Assembly: GCA_964615655.1 (NCBI GenBank)
Contig: CAZTQO010000018.1
Span: 854 to 64,853 of the forward strand
Reading direction: 5' to 3'
DNA length: 64,000 bases
Source of the DNA: an uncultured Candidatus Obscuribacterales bacterium
GTDB lineage: Bacteria > Cyanobacteriota > Vampirovibrionia > Obscuribacterales > Obscuribacteraceae
The notes below the pieces were generated by a model that did not search any database, was not told the DNA's origin, and saw only the letters and a program-made list of their open reading frames with translations. Positions 7,546 through 16,401 of this stretch are shown here, in pieces. How positions within the stretch are numbered: the stretch's first letter is position 1; every line of letters starts with the position of its first letter. Position numbers and translations under genes: made by a program.

Positions 7546-8034
7546 TCATACGTATAGTAGGGAGTCGGCGCGGTCCAGCTCCCCTGGGGACGTAATGGCT
7601 GTGAATTTTCGCTCAACTCGAGTTTCAAACTCAGAAGGACCACAATACCGATAGGTATCGGCGGCGGCTGTTAGCCCAAAAACATCGGCGGAACCGGTTA
7701 GAACAAATTGCCCTTTTTTGTTGTCCTGATCAACAATTCGTTTGAGTGCCAGCGTTAGCTCCGGAACCAGCTGTATTTCATCCAACACGATCGGCAGGCT
7801 GCTTGCTTTGTGGCGGTCAGCGATACTTCGCAGCTGGGCATAAGCATCTGCTTGCAAAGCATTCCGGATATTGTCTGAATCCATGGTCAGGTATTCCGCA
7901 TTGGGCAGTTGATGCTGAACCAATGTGCTTTTTCCGGCTTGCCGAGGACCGACTATATTGACAATTCGGCTTGTTTGTAAGGCACTCAGGACCTCAGAGA
8001 TAAGATGCCTTCTAATTAGTTTTGACACAAGCAA
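7546..8034 (-). pseudogene. Truncated AAA_14/DUF4143-family ATPase (N-terminal ~125 aa only)
   Basis: IVGPRQAGKSTL Walker A, VLDEIQ Walker B and VLTGSA match the N-terminal half of ~400-aa AAA_14 ATPases. Similarity is lost after about aa 125 and the ORF stops at 162 aa. The DUF4143 part is missing. Confidence 0.5.
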
Positions 8035-8474
8035 GCCTCCCGGGAAAGTTGATAGTCGAATAATAAGCTAGTAGATCGTTCTGGCTCATGAATCAGCTTG
8101 TATTGTCCCGAGCCCACCTGCCCGAAGCAGTTTAAACGCTTGCAACCCTTGCGCAAATGTAAGCGCCTGGCCTGCTTGTGATAATGATGTTTGCGTTAAT
8201 TACTCCTGTTTTAGTGGGAATCTTACCAGCTGCCCACTGCGCCTGCCGTATCAGTGCCGGCTCCATGCGCGTAGGGTGAAGGCATATCAGTTCAAACCAA
8301 AGTATCAAGAGGATTCAAACAAAAAACCGGAGCTTTCAAGCATAACAAGTAAGAAGCTTTGATCCCAGAGATGTTCACGTCTTCAGGTTGGGTGTACCTT
8401 CCTGAACTCAGGTTTTCTTGCGAACAGTTAACAGCTTAAGCCAGGCCGAATGCCTGAGCGAAAGGAGCATTGCC

Positions 8475-9671
8475 ATGTTCACTCGATTGCTGAAACAAGT
8501 GTTTTTCCCTGAAGGGAAGCTTCCCAACAGCTTTCCCTGGACAGTGCAGACCGCCGGCAAGAAATACTTTGTCGGTCTCCTGCACTTCACCGCCGGTACC
8601 CTCGCGGTTCCGCTGCTGTTCATGGCCCTGGTCGGCGGGTTGCTGGTTTTTCCCAACCTGCGCGATGCACTGGCCAACCCGCAGACTCACTGCTATGTGC
8701 TTGCCTGCGCGGCTCTTGTGGGTGCTATCGCGAGCGCCTGCATCAATCTCTGGCGTCTTCACGGCCGCGACTTCGCTGCTGTCATGAAGGGCCTGGTCAA
8801 CGGCGCTTTCGTCTGCGTTGCGATCGGCGCGATTTTTGCGCTGGCGCTCCCGGCAGCCGTTAAGTTGATCGACCCGGTCTTCCCTCAGCTCTTGAGCTGG
8901 GTGGGTGCGCTGGTCGCCGACTCCAAGGGCTCTCCCAACATCACTTTCCAGATGTGGCTCAGCTTGCTGAGCTTTGTGATGGGCTTCGGGATGCAGCTGC
9001 GCTACATCGCAAAGGAGATGCGCAAAAACGGGCTTTCGCTTACAGAAGCGATGGCTCTTACTCTTAAGCCGCTGAAAGGCAGCTGGTGGGGTGCGACTCT
9101 CTTCAATCTGCTTGCGCCTGTGGCAATCGCCTACGGCTTCGTGCAGATTGTCGGCGAGTCGATTGTGTTTCTGATGGGACCCGCACACCAACCCACAGTC
9201 GAGCTTGCTCAACAGGCAACCGGCGGGAACTTCTTGCTCTTTGCCGTCATGGCTGTGGTTGGGGCTCCGATTTTCGAGGAGCTTGTTTTCCGCGGTTTCC
9301 TCTATCAGATTTTGCGTTCGTCTCTTGCCCGGCCGCTGGAGGCCTTCACCCCGCGTCAGTTGCCAGCCTGTGGTATCTGCCGCTTGTACGGACAGCTGAA
9401 GAACTTTGTGAATGGCTGGACGCACTGTGTTGCGGCCTTCATGCACCGGATCTTCGGCGGCAAGCGTGCAGAAATCAGTGCTATTGTGCTGAGCTCGCTT
9501 GCGTTTTCGCTCCTGCACATGCAATTCAACCCGACGACCCTGGTTCTGCTGTTCATGATGGGATGCGTTCAGGCGGAACTCTACCGCCGGACCGGCAGTC
9601 TCTACTGCGGCATGCTTCTGCATGCGGTGAACAACGGCATCGATGTCCTTAAGCTGGGTCTTGGTGGCTGA
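8475..9671 (+). CDS. CPBP-family intramembrane glutamic endopeptidase (CAAX protease / Abi family)
   Basis: Polytopic membrane protein with APIFEELVFRG (EExxxR), FSLLHM and LLHAVNN motifs. AAAGGAG RBS before ATG 8475 (the track ORF starts at 8418). Confidence 0.8.
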   Translation: MFTRLLKQVFFPEGKLPNSFPWTVQTAGKKYFVGLLHFTAGTLAVPLLFMALVGGLLVFPNLRDALANPQTHCYVLACAALVGAIASACINLWRLHGRDFAAVMKGLVNGAFVCVAIGAIFALALPAAVKLIDPVFPQLLSWVGALVADSKGSPNITFQMWLSLLSFVMGFGMQLRYIAKEMRKNGLSLTEAMALTLKPLKGSWWGATLFNLLAPVAIAYGFVQIVGESIVFLMGPAHQPTVELAQQATGGNFLLFAVMAVVGAPIFEELVFRGFLYQILRSSLARPLEAFTPRQLPACGICRLYGQLKNFVNGWTHCVAAFMHRIFGGKRAEISAIVLSSLAFSLLHMQFNPTTLVLLFMMGCVQAELYRRTGSLYCGMLLHAVNNGIDVLKLGLGG

Positions 9672-9902
9672 GGCGAGAGTCCGAAAAACCGTGGCTAAAC
9701 CATGGTTCAGGAAGCATGACTTGAGGAAACTCATTTCATGCTTTCTGTTTCTGTTGATTAGTATTACATGCATTAGTAGAACTGATTCGCCCTGAGCCTT
9801 GCGCAACAGCTTGCTCGCTTTTTTAGTTGTTAGATCTCTGGCTTCTGGTCGCTATACAGCCTTTTGAGCCGGGTATAAGTATTTTGAGGGGATGAGTGAG
9901 CG

Positions 9903-10733
9903 ATGCCGCCAAGAATCATTGCCGCAAGCAAGAATGGTCTGAAAATTTCGGCAAGTGTTTTGCTTGCCTCGTTTTTGCATCTGGCTGTGCTTTCCGGACT
10001 GGCTTTTGCAGATGATCTCTTAAGTGATCCGGATCGCATGATCCAGCAGCAAGAAAGCAGTAATACAGAAGCAATTCCAAAATGGACCAGGCGAATTGAA
10101 GAAGGACCGGATCAGATTTTTTTTCTTGCAGAAGCGGTGTCGGGCAAGAAGCTCAAGAACGAAACCTTTGATTTGCTGCGTGGTGTTACTGAGGTCGTAA
10201 TTGAGAAACAGGAAATTATTTTCAAGCGCATAGACAAAGAGGAGCTTAAAATTAGCAGTGATACTGAAAGTGGTGGCAAATTCTTCGACGATTGGGAAAA
10301 GAGCAAAACCAATCTTGAAGACAAGTTCGGTAGGCAGGGCAAAGAATTTCTCGAGAATATAAAGAGCGTGCATGTTTCCGGTGATCGAATTCAAGTTGAA
10401 CGCAATGGACCCGAAGAGCTTGTAGTTGAGCTTGGATCTAAAAAGCTCCATCCGGCGTTTGACCTTAGAGGTTTACGTTTCAAGCAAATAAGCATGCTTG
10501 TCGATCACAGCGGCGATTATCCTTGCTTAAAAGATATTCAAGGTGTCAGCGCCATTATTAAGGCGCCCGGACTGAGCTTTCCTGTGGAAGTAAAAGAATT
10601 CTGGAAGAGACGTCTCAAAAAAGACAATGAAATCAAAGTGGCTGTGAAAAATCCTGTTCCTGCAGCTGTGCGTGTTTTTCTTTTCATGCCTGCAATCTTG
10701 CGTTTTCATTTCAGTTTGCCCCGCAAAGAATGA
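9903..10733 (+). CDS. Hypothetical secreted protein
   Basis: 276 aa. N-terminal signal-like segment (ASVLLASFLHLAVLSGLAFA). No recognisable domain. Low GC. Confidence 0.5.
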   Translation: MPPRIIAASKNGLKISASVLLASFLHLAVLSGLAFADDLLSDPDRMIQQQESSNTEAIPKWTRRIEEGPDQIFFLAEAVSGKKLKNETFDLLRGVTEVVIEKQEIIFKRIDKEELKISSDTESGGKFFDDWEKSKTNLEDKFGRQGKEFLENIKSVHVSGDRIQVERNGPEELVVELGSKKLHPAFDLRGLRFKQISMLVDHSGDYPCLKDIQGVSAIIKAPGLSFPVEVKEFWKRRLKKDNEIKVAVKNPVPAAVRVFLFMPAILRFHFSLPRKE

Positions 10734-11108
10734 ATTGAGTGTTGAATATGCCGTGAGCCAGTTTTCTATCTTGCTCTGGAAGGCAGAATTAGCTGCGCTA
10801 GCTTTCAGTCAAGAATATTTCTGCTTTAACTGATGCCGCTTCACCAGGCTGTGTTGCGCTAAATCCAGTGATTGCAGTGCTTCAGAGCTCTTTTGTATTT
10901 GCTGAATCAAATAACTGAGAATTTTTCGGGTTTAGCGGTGGGAAAGCTCACATCCGGGACTATTGCTAAATCCGTGTGTTGTTTTGAAAGAATTCTGGCA
11001 TTAACGGTTTTCTGACAGTTTCTTTTGGAAAGGAAAGGCAGGGAAAGCAAATAGCTTTTGATTTCAATCCTCAAATGCGCCTCAAAAGGGGCGGGAAAGG
11101 GGTATTGC

Positions 11109-12176
11109 ATGTTCACTTACTTGAGTCACTGGTCGCTTTTGCTGCAGCTTGCAATTCTTGCATTGTTCCTGTTTGCAGGCGCAGCTGCGTTTTTTCTTTA
11201 TCGTTTTCTTTCCGGCAAGCAGGCTTTGAAAAGGCAGAAAGAGGCTGAAGCAAAGAATCTGCTCGAACTTGATTCGCTTGAAGCTCATGCGAAAAAAGAA
11301 TTCGAAGCGGGCAGATACCAGCTTGCCGAAGCTGCTTTCAGGCAGGCGGCCACAAAAGCTGCCTTGTTGAAACTGCAATACCGAGAACTTCAGTTCCAGC
11401 ACCATGCCTGTGTTTCGATGTCCAGGCAGGGAAGCGGTCGTTGCTTGCTTGCATTGCAGTCGCTTCAAAAGCTCATAGCTGAGATGAGTACGCGGCTGCC
11501 GCCAAAAGACAGGCTGCTCAGTCTTGCAAAGTCAAACCTGGCAAAAATCGAAAAGGGTGCATTGAACAAAGCCGCCGAGCAAGACTTCGCCGAAGCAAGC
11601 CGTCTCTACGAAGCTGAGAAGCTTACGGAAGCCGGTCGCTTTTATCAGCAGGCTTACAGGGCTGCGACTCACGCAAAAAATCCCGTGCTTGCGGCGCTTA
11701 TCTTGAACGACTCTTCTCGCCTGCACGCAAGGGATGCTGATTTTGCAAAGGCAATTGCGATGCTGGAAAAGGCGCGTAAAATTGCCTTGAGCAACTGTCC
11801 TGCCGGGCACGAACTGCCTGCAACCATCAACTGGAACCTGGATTATTTCCGGGGGCTGGCTGTGGAGGCAGGCGTGAAAGACCTGCTTCAAGAAACCAGG
11901 GCTGCATACAAAAACCACGATTACGAGCTTTGCAGTCGGCTGGCAAGCGATGCAGTCAGCCGCGCTATTGCCGGTCTCAAAATCGACCACTGGTTGAGCG
12001 CTGATGCTCTTCATCACCGGGCCTGCGTCAAAATGGCGCAGGGTTTTTACAGCGAAGCGCGGGCCGATTTTTCTCAGGCACTTGCAATTCTCAGCGAGTG
12101 GCCGGAGAAGGGGGCCCGGCTTTCTGAGCTTGTCGAAAACAACTTAGATCGCTGCCGCCGAGAAATGGGTTTTTAA
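11109..12176 (+). CDS. Membrane-anchored helical-repeat (TPR-like) protein
   Basis: N-terminal TM segment LLLQLAILALFLFAGAAAFFLY, followed by A/L/E/K-rich helical repeats. Start taken at ATG 11109 (the track ORF starts at 11058). Confidence 0.5.
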   Translation: MFTYLSHWSLLLQLAILALFLFAGAAAFFLYRFLSGKQALKRQKEAEAKNLLELDSLEAHAKKEFEAGRYQLAEAAFRQAATKAALLKLQYRELQFQHHACVSMSRQGSGRCLLALQSLQKLIAEMSTRLPPKDRLLSLAKSNLAKIEKGALNKAAEQDFAEASRLYEAEKLTEAGRFYQQAYRAATHAKNPVLAALILNDSSRLHARDADFAKAIAMLEKARKIALSNCPAGHELPATINWNLDYFRGLAVEAGVKDLLQETRAAYKNHDYELCSRLASDAVSRAIAGLKIDHWLSADALHHRACVKMAQGFYSEARADFSQALAILSEWPEKGARLSELVENNLDRCRREMGF

Positions 12177-12224
12177 GTCGCTTCGGAAATCAACAAACAA
12201 AAACAAAAACGGAGATCTCTTGCA

Positions 12225-13319
12225 ATGATGAACAGAACTCTGCTCTTTGGGCTGGCTTGCGTTCTTGCCTGCGCGGTACTTGCCGGCTTTTTGGTCCTTG
12301 TTTTTCTGGGACCGGTGCCTGAACGTGCCGACGAGGAAGCCAGTCTGGCGCCTGCTTACAAGCAGGAAATCGAGCGCTTAGACCGCGAGCTGGGATCCAA
12401 GCCCTATAGTCTGACGCCCGGTGCCGATTCGGATGATTACAAATGGCGGCTTTCTGTATACCGCAAGGACGGCAAAACGCCGCGGGTTTACAAAGAGCTG
12501 CTCAAAGAGCGCTATTACGGCGACGATTCCGGAAGGATCTATCTGGGCTTCCCAATCCGCTACCGGTATTTCAGAGAGGACGGCACACTTGAGACGAGCA
12601 CCCGAATCGAGCCGATGTCTCAATATGGTGCCAGTTGCAAGAGCATCGTCGTGCGCGAGTATTACTCGGACGACGGCAAAACTCTAGTGACAAGCGAATA
12701 CCTGCGCGAAAGCGGGCGCACAGCTGCGATTTTCGAAAAGAAGCAGGGCTACGAGCTCTGGCATCATTACCGCCCGGACGGCAGCCTTGCTCATGCGCAG
12801 AAGACCGACAAAGACTCCTACCTCTACGTGCACTTCCGCAAGGACGGTAACACGACCTGGTGGATTTACCGCTACGAATACGGCAAGCGTGAAAGCGGGA
12901 ATTGCACCGTCTTTTTCGACTGGAATGGCCAGGCAAGGAAGATGAGCTTCAAGCGCCGCAGCCTGATTCCAGGCAATGGTCGCTCGATGAGCGCCGGCGA
13001 TCCGCCTGCACCGGATCATGAAGACACATATGTCGACGAAAACGGTAAAGCACTCTACCGCCAGACATGGAACACGGTGCATATCGAAGGACATGGCTTT
13101 GTTGACGTGCTTGCGAGGCTCGAGATTTTTGCTGCCGATGGCGTCAGCGTCGAACGGGTTCTGGTGTATGAACCCAGGCAATTTGCCGACAAACCCGTTT
13201 TGACAAGCGATGTTTACACGGGCACTCAGGCGTTGGCTCCGGCGATTCCGGACTATATGCGGCACGGCTTCAATGCTGAGCTTTATGATTGGAAGCGTGA
13301 ACACGCAGACGACATTTAG
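12225..13319 (+). CDS. Membrane-anchored protein with repeated [YF]-x-x-D-G motifs (MORN-variant/YwqK-like repeats, tentative)
   Basis: 364 aa. N-terminal TM helix. Repeats such as YRKDGKT, FREDGTL, YSDDGKT, YRPDGSL, FRKDGNT and VDENGKA. Confidence 0.45.
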   Translation: MMNRTLLFGLACVLACAVLAGFLVLVFLGPVPERADEEASLAPAYKQEIERLDRELGSKPYSLTPGADSDDYKWRLSVYRKDGKTPRVYKELLKERYYGDDSGRIYLGFPIRYRYFREDGTLETSTRIEPMSQYGASCKSIVVREYYSDDGKTLVTSEYLRESGRTAAIFEKKQGYELWHHYRPDGSLAHAQKTDKDSYLYVHFRKDGNTTWWIYRYEYGKRESGNCTVFFDWNGQARKMSFKRRSLIPGNGRSMSAGDPPAPDHEDTYVDENGKALYRQTWNTVHIEGHGFVDVLARLEIFAADGVSVERVLVYEPRQFADKPVLTSDVYTGTQALAPAIPDYMRHGFNAELYDWKREHADDI

Positions 13320-13338
13320 CTTGCTGCCGTAATTTGCG

Positions 13339-13384
13339 AAGATGGGTGTTCAGGCAGTCAATGCCCGGCACCCATCTTTTTTTT
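13339..13384 (+). terminator. Rho-independent terminator (potentially bidirectional)
   Basis: AAGATGGGTG-(20 nt)-CACCCATCTT, running into T8. Located 20 nt after the stop at 13319. Confidence 0.75.
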
Positions 13385-13506
13385 GCCCTTCAAAATACTA
13401 TAAGCAGTAGCAGGGAATTCTAAAAAAGCATCGGAGAATGCAGGTCTGCAGTAAAGAGGCTTTGAGAGCTCTTCCTGCAGCTTCTGCGATTCTCCTGCCT
13501 TTGGAG

Positions 13507-13791
13507 CTAGCTCAGTCTGAACACCTGAGCTTCTCCGAAGCGCTCTGGCTTTGAAAGCCAGCGCCGCAGAAAATGCCGGCTTTGCTTTTGCGAAAGCAGC
13601 TCGAAGTCGAGGCTGGTGTAGTCGAAACACTGATCGCAGTAGTGCGACTTGAAGACGCCGAAGCGCTCTTGGTATCGAGCCTCAGCAGCCTGAAGCAGGT
13701 CTGCTTCGGAGCCGAGATTGGGAATCTCGAAGTAGTACTCGGCGTAAGACAGGCAGCCGCTGAGAACCACTTTGCAGAAAACGTTTTCCAT
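13507..13791 (-). CDS. Hypothetical small Cys-containing protein (94 aa)
   Basis: AAGGAG RBS before ATG 13791 (the track ORF begins further upstream at 13854). Directly downstream of the ParB-like gene on the same strand. Contains SGCLSY and HYCDQC. No recognised domain. Confidence 0.5.
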   Translation of the reverse strand: MENVFCKVVLSGCLSYAEYYFEIPNLGSEADLLQAAEARYQERFGVFKSHYCDQCFDYTSLDFELLSQKQSRHFLRRWLSKPERFGEAQVFRLS

Positions 13792-13884
13792 TGCCTGCTC
13801 CTTGTTTTTGGGTTGACAAAACAAACGGCAAGGAAGACAGGGTGTCCAGCGCAATGCCGGACACCCTGCCTCCTGCCTGATGCA

Positions 13885-14214
13885 CTAGCCGCCGACGATC
13901 AGGGCTTCGATGAAGCCGATCCCGGCGAGCTTGGCCGCAATCACGCGGTGGCGACCGTCTTCGATGTTGTAGCCGCCGCCGAAACGGGGGCGGAGCACGA
14001 CGCGAACCATCTTGCTCTCGCTTTCGTAGCAAGCGATCATGCGCTCGACCTGATGGCGATCCTTGCGCATGATGCGCTCCACGGTACGCTCCGGAATGAA
14101 AACTTCGTCAAGCGGCACGCAGTTGATTTCGCGCTTGCCGCTCTTGAAGTTGCTGTCGTTGTCATCGAAGTTGTCGTCGCGGTAGTGCTTGCGACCGTAG
14201 TTCTTGTGGCGCAT
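13885..14214 (-). CDS. Mini ParB/sulfiredoxin-superfamily (ParB N-terminal nuclease/NTPase-like) domain protein, 109 aa
   Basis: C-terminal half carries the ParB-N signature: VVLRPRFGGGYNIEDGRHRVIAAKLAG (DGxHR..A). AAGGGAG RBS. High GC. Confidence 0.65.
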   Translation of the reverse strand: MRHKNYGRKHYRDDNFDDNDSNFKSGKREINCVPLDEVFIPERTVERIMRKDRHQVERMIACYESESKMVRVVLRPRFGGGYNIEDGRHRVIAAKLAGIGFIEALIVGG

Positions 14215-14350
14215 AGAGACTCCCTTTCAGGGAAGCCCCTACTCGGCAGCGCCAGAATGGAAAGATCGGCGATGGCCGATTCGCTACCGGTGGGCTTCCT
14301 ATGAGGGAGCCAGCACCTTGTTCGTGTTGATCATGTTTTTTCTCCTTTGC
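14215..14350 (-). promoter_or_regulatory. Leader of the ParB-like gene: 10-codon uORF (MINTNKVLAPS, 14334-14299) with an AAGGAG RBS, followed by a three-tier hairpin (14231-14299)
   Basis: Outer stem GGAAGCCC/GGGCTTCC starts in the uORF stop codon. Middle stem is GGTAGCG/CGCTGCC (one GU pair). Inner hairpin is ATCGGC-CATC-GCCGAT. The 3-prime arm (CTTCCCT) can alternatively pair with the ParB RBS (AGGGAG). Confidence 0.45.
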
Positions 14351-14358
14351 TTGCCTGA

Positions 14359-14422
14359 CGCAAAATGCGGCAGCAGCTCAAAGAGGGTTCTCAGCCCATC
14401 TTTAAGCCTGCTGCCTTGCCGC
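14359..14422 (-). terminator. Long extended hairpin followed by ATTTTG (terminator of the 3-TM gene or a structured RNA)
   Basis: Minus strand: GCGGCAAGGCAGCAG GCTTAAAGATGGG CTGAGAA CCCTCTTTGAGC CTGCTGCCGC, then ATTTTGCG. About 25 bp of pairing with one bulge. Confidence 0.5.
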
Positions 14423-14486
14423 TTTTAACGACTGATTCGCGCGCTCAGTTCAATGAGCCTGGCTTTTTCTGAAGGAATGGAAGGGA

Positions 14487-14981
14487 TCAGGAAACGTCGC
14501 TCTCGCTCTTTTCCCTGTCGCTCTTCTCGCTGTCGCTCTTGTCGCTGTCGGCTTTCTTGTCGCCGCCGTCGCTGGTTTTCGGACTCAGGGCCCGCCTGAA
14601 TTCAGCTACCAGCTTGATTGGTGTTTGCAGGGCCGCTGTGAGCACCGGTCCGAGGTAAATGAACATGGTCGGAGATGCCCAGATAACGACCAGGGCCTGC
14701 ACGGACATAATAAGTCCTTGCAGAATGCCGATGGAAGCTCCATGCCAGCTGGCGCCTGCAATCGAATGCGCGTCGGCAGCGATTTTTGCGTAGTCGACAT
14801 AGGCGGTGAGCGCGCGATTGGCATCGCTTGTCACATACCAGACGACCACGAAAATTACGATTTTGGCCACGTCCCAGACCGTTTTCAACTCCAGCGGCGG
14901 AAGTGGTGTCGGGGGCGGTGGCGGAGGAGGAGTCGGAATCTTTGGATTCGGCTCATCATCTCGCTGAGAATTTGTTGTCAT
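14487..14981 (-). CDS. Hypothetical 3-TM membrane protein with a poly-Pro N-terminus and a (S/D/K/E) repeat tail
   Basis: 164 aa. PTPPPPPPPTPLPP, three hydrophobic helices, and C-terminal DKKADSDKSDSEKSDREKSESD encoded by a degenerate 9-nt DNA repeat (14490-14570). Confidence 0.55.
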   Translation of the reverse strand: MTTNSQRDDEPNPKIPTPPPPPPPTPLPPLELKTVWDVAKIVIFVVVWYVTSDANRALTAYVDYAKIAADAHSIAGASWHGASIGILQGLIMSVQALVVIWASPTMFIYLGPVLTAALQTPIKLVAEFRRALSPKTSDGGDKKADSDKSDSEKSDREKSESDVS

Positions 14982-15678
14982 AAATTTCCTCTGGATGACT
15001 TGTACGGCAAGAAATTCGCCGGGATTAGAATTTCAGCCTTTTAGCCAGGGCTGTTGAAGCTTCGTTTCCAGGCATAATCAAGACAAACTCTCGTGCAGCA
15101 AGAGATCTTGCGCTTGAACTGGCTTATTGCTTGTGTTTTCTTGGAGAGAGAGAGTTCCTGCACTGGAAAAGAATGATGATCGCCTGACCATAGCGAGTTC
15201 GAGCTTCTAAAAGCAATAGACTCAGGCGGCCAGAGCCTTGGGCCAGCAAGATTTTCTTCGGAAATTTGTTTAGCATGCGCTAATTCTTCATTGAAGAGCA
15301 GGTAATGACTTGCGCATCTCTGCTAGTTGGAAATACTTATCTTTGCAGGCAGGAATTCTTTAGCGCTAGTGGCTGCGAGCCTCTTGATCAAACTCGAAAC
15401 AGCCTGAAAACAAGACTTTCTAAGCTCGATTTCTGAAGCTGCTTTTATCAGGGGTTAAACAGCTGGAACGCATAGCTTATTGAAAGCTAATGGCCTGCAA
15501 ATTGAATTTGGAGCACTAAGTCGCTAGTTTTTCTGGGTTCCAAACTTTCTCAATCAACAAGCTGGTCTTCGTCTCCCGCAAGCAAGATATCAAGCCGATT
15601 TCCCCAAAAACCAAGCAGCGCTATGCCTGCCTGGTGTTTCAGGGTTTGCTGCAGCGAGGACGTGCCTTTGAGGAACAC

Positions 15679-16371
15679 ATGATGCTGAAAAAAATCTTCT
15701 CTGTATTCATGCAGAACTATCGCAAGTTCTTGCCGACTGCGATTCTGCTTCTGCTTCTTACTCTGGCCGGTGCAACCGACATCTTCAGTGTCCAGGTACA
15801 GGAAAGCATGCGCTCCATTTTTCTGGAATATCTCCAGAAGCTGCAGCCGTTTGCAATCAACCTGGTGATTGCCGGCATACTCGCTAATCTGGCCTGGCTT
15901 TTCTACAAGCCGATCTGGTCTGGATTTGAAGTGGTGCTCGCGAGGACGGAGGCTTCCGCGCAGGGCAAGGACCTGTCGCTCAAGCTCTTCAAGTTCTTTT
16001 ACTGGGCAATTGTGGTTTTTCTGGTGCTGAGCCTGACTGCGGCCGATTTTCTCGGTCGTTTTGTCGTGGGTTTCGGCGTTTTCGGTGCTGCACTCACCCT
16101 CTCGATGCAGGGTGCAGCCAACGACTTCATTTGCGGCTTGCTGATTCAGTTTTGCCGCAAAGTGTCGGAAAAGGACGAGGTGATGCTCGTAGGCCTGGAT
16201 GTGAAGGGCAAGATCTCACAGGTTGGAATGTTGTCCACAATCGTGGAAACTTCCGGCGAGCTTATCCACGTTCCAAATCGAGAAGTCTGGTCGCGGGCTG
16301 TGAAAGTTTTCAAGCCTGCCAAATCGTCAATCTTGCTGCCTCCGGGATCTGAGTACCCGAAGCGCGGCTGA
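15679..16371 (+). CDS. Small MscS-family mechanosensitive channel-like protein
   Basis: TM helices followed by NDFICGLLIQF...EKDEVMLVGLDVKGKISQVGMLSTIVET..GELIHVPNREVW, typical of the MscS pore helix plus beta domain. GAGGAA RBS before ATG 15679. Confidence 0.6.
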   Translation: MMLKKIFSVFMQNYRKFLPTAILLLLLTLAGATDIFSVQVQESMRSIFLEYLQKLQPFAINLVIAGILANLAWLFYKPIWSGFEVVLARTEASAQGKDLSLKLFKFFYWAIVVFLVLSLTAADFLGRFVVGFGVFGAALTLSMQGAANDFICGLLIQFCRKVSEKDEVMLVGLDVKGKISQVGMLSTIVETSGELIHVPNREVWSRAVKVFKPAKSSILLPPGSEYPKRG

Positions 16372-16401
16372 ACATCAACTCTTTAAGTCAGGAGACTGAA
16401 A

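Noticed and set aside
8436-9806. 456-aa minus-strand ORF opposite the CPBP protease
   Set aside because: Same shadow effect. The plus strand encodes a coherent polytopic membrane protein with EExxxR/HxxxN motifs.
13573-14304. 243-aa plus-strand ORF spanning the ParB-like gene region, and the 90-aa and 116-aa minus-strand ORFs at 13358-13630 and 13682-14032
   Set aside because: They overlap better-supported genes (RBS plus the ParB motif, and RBS plus the 94-aa ORF) in other frames, and their composition is typical of GC-rich off-frame translation.
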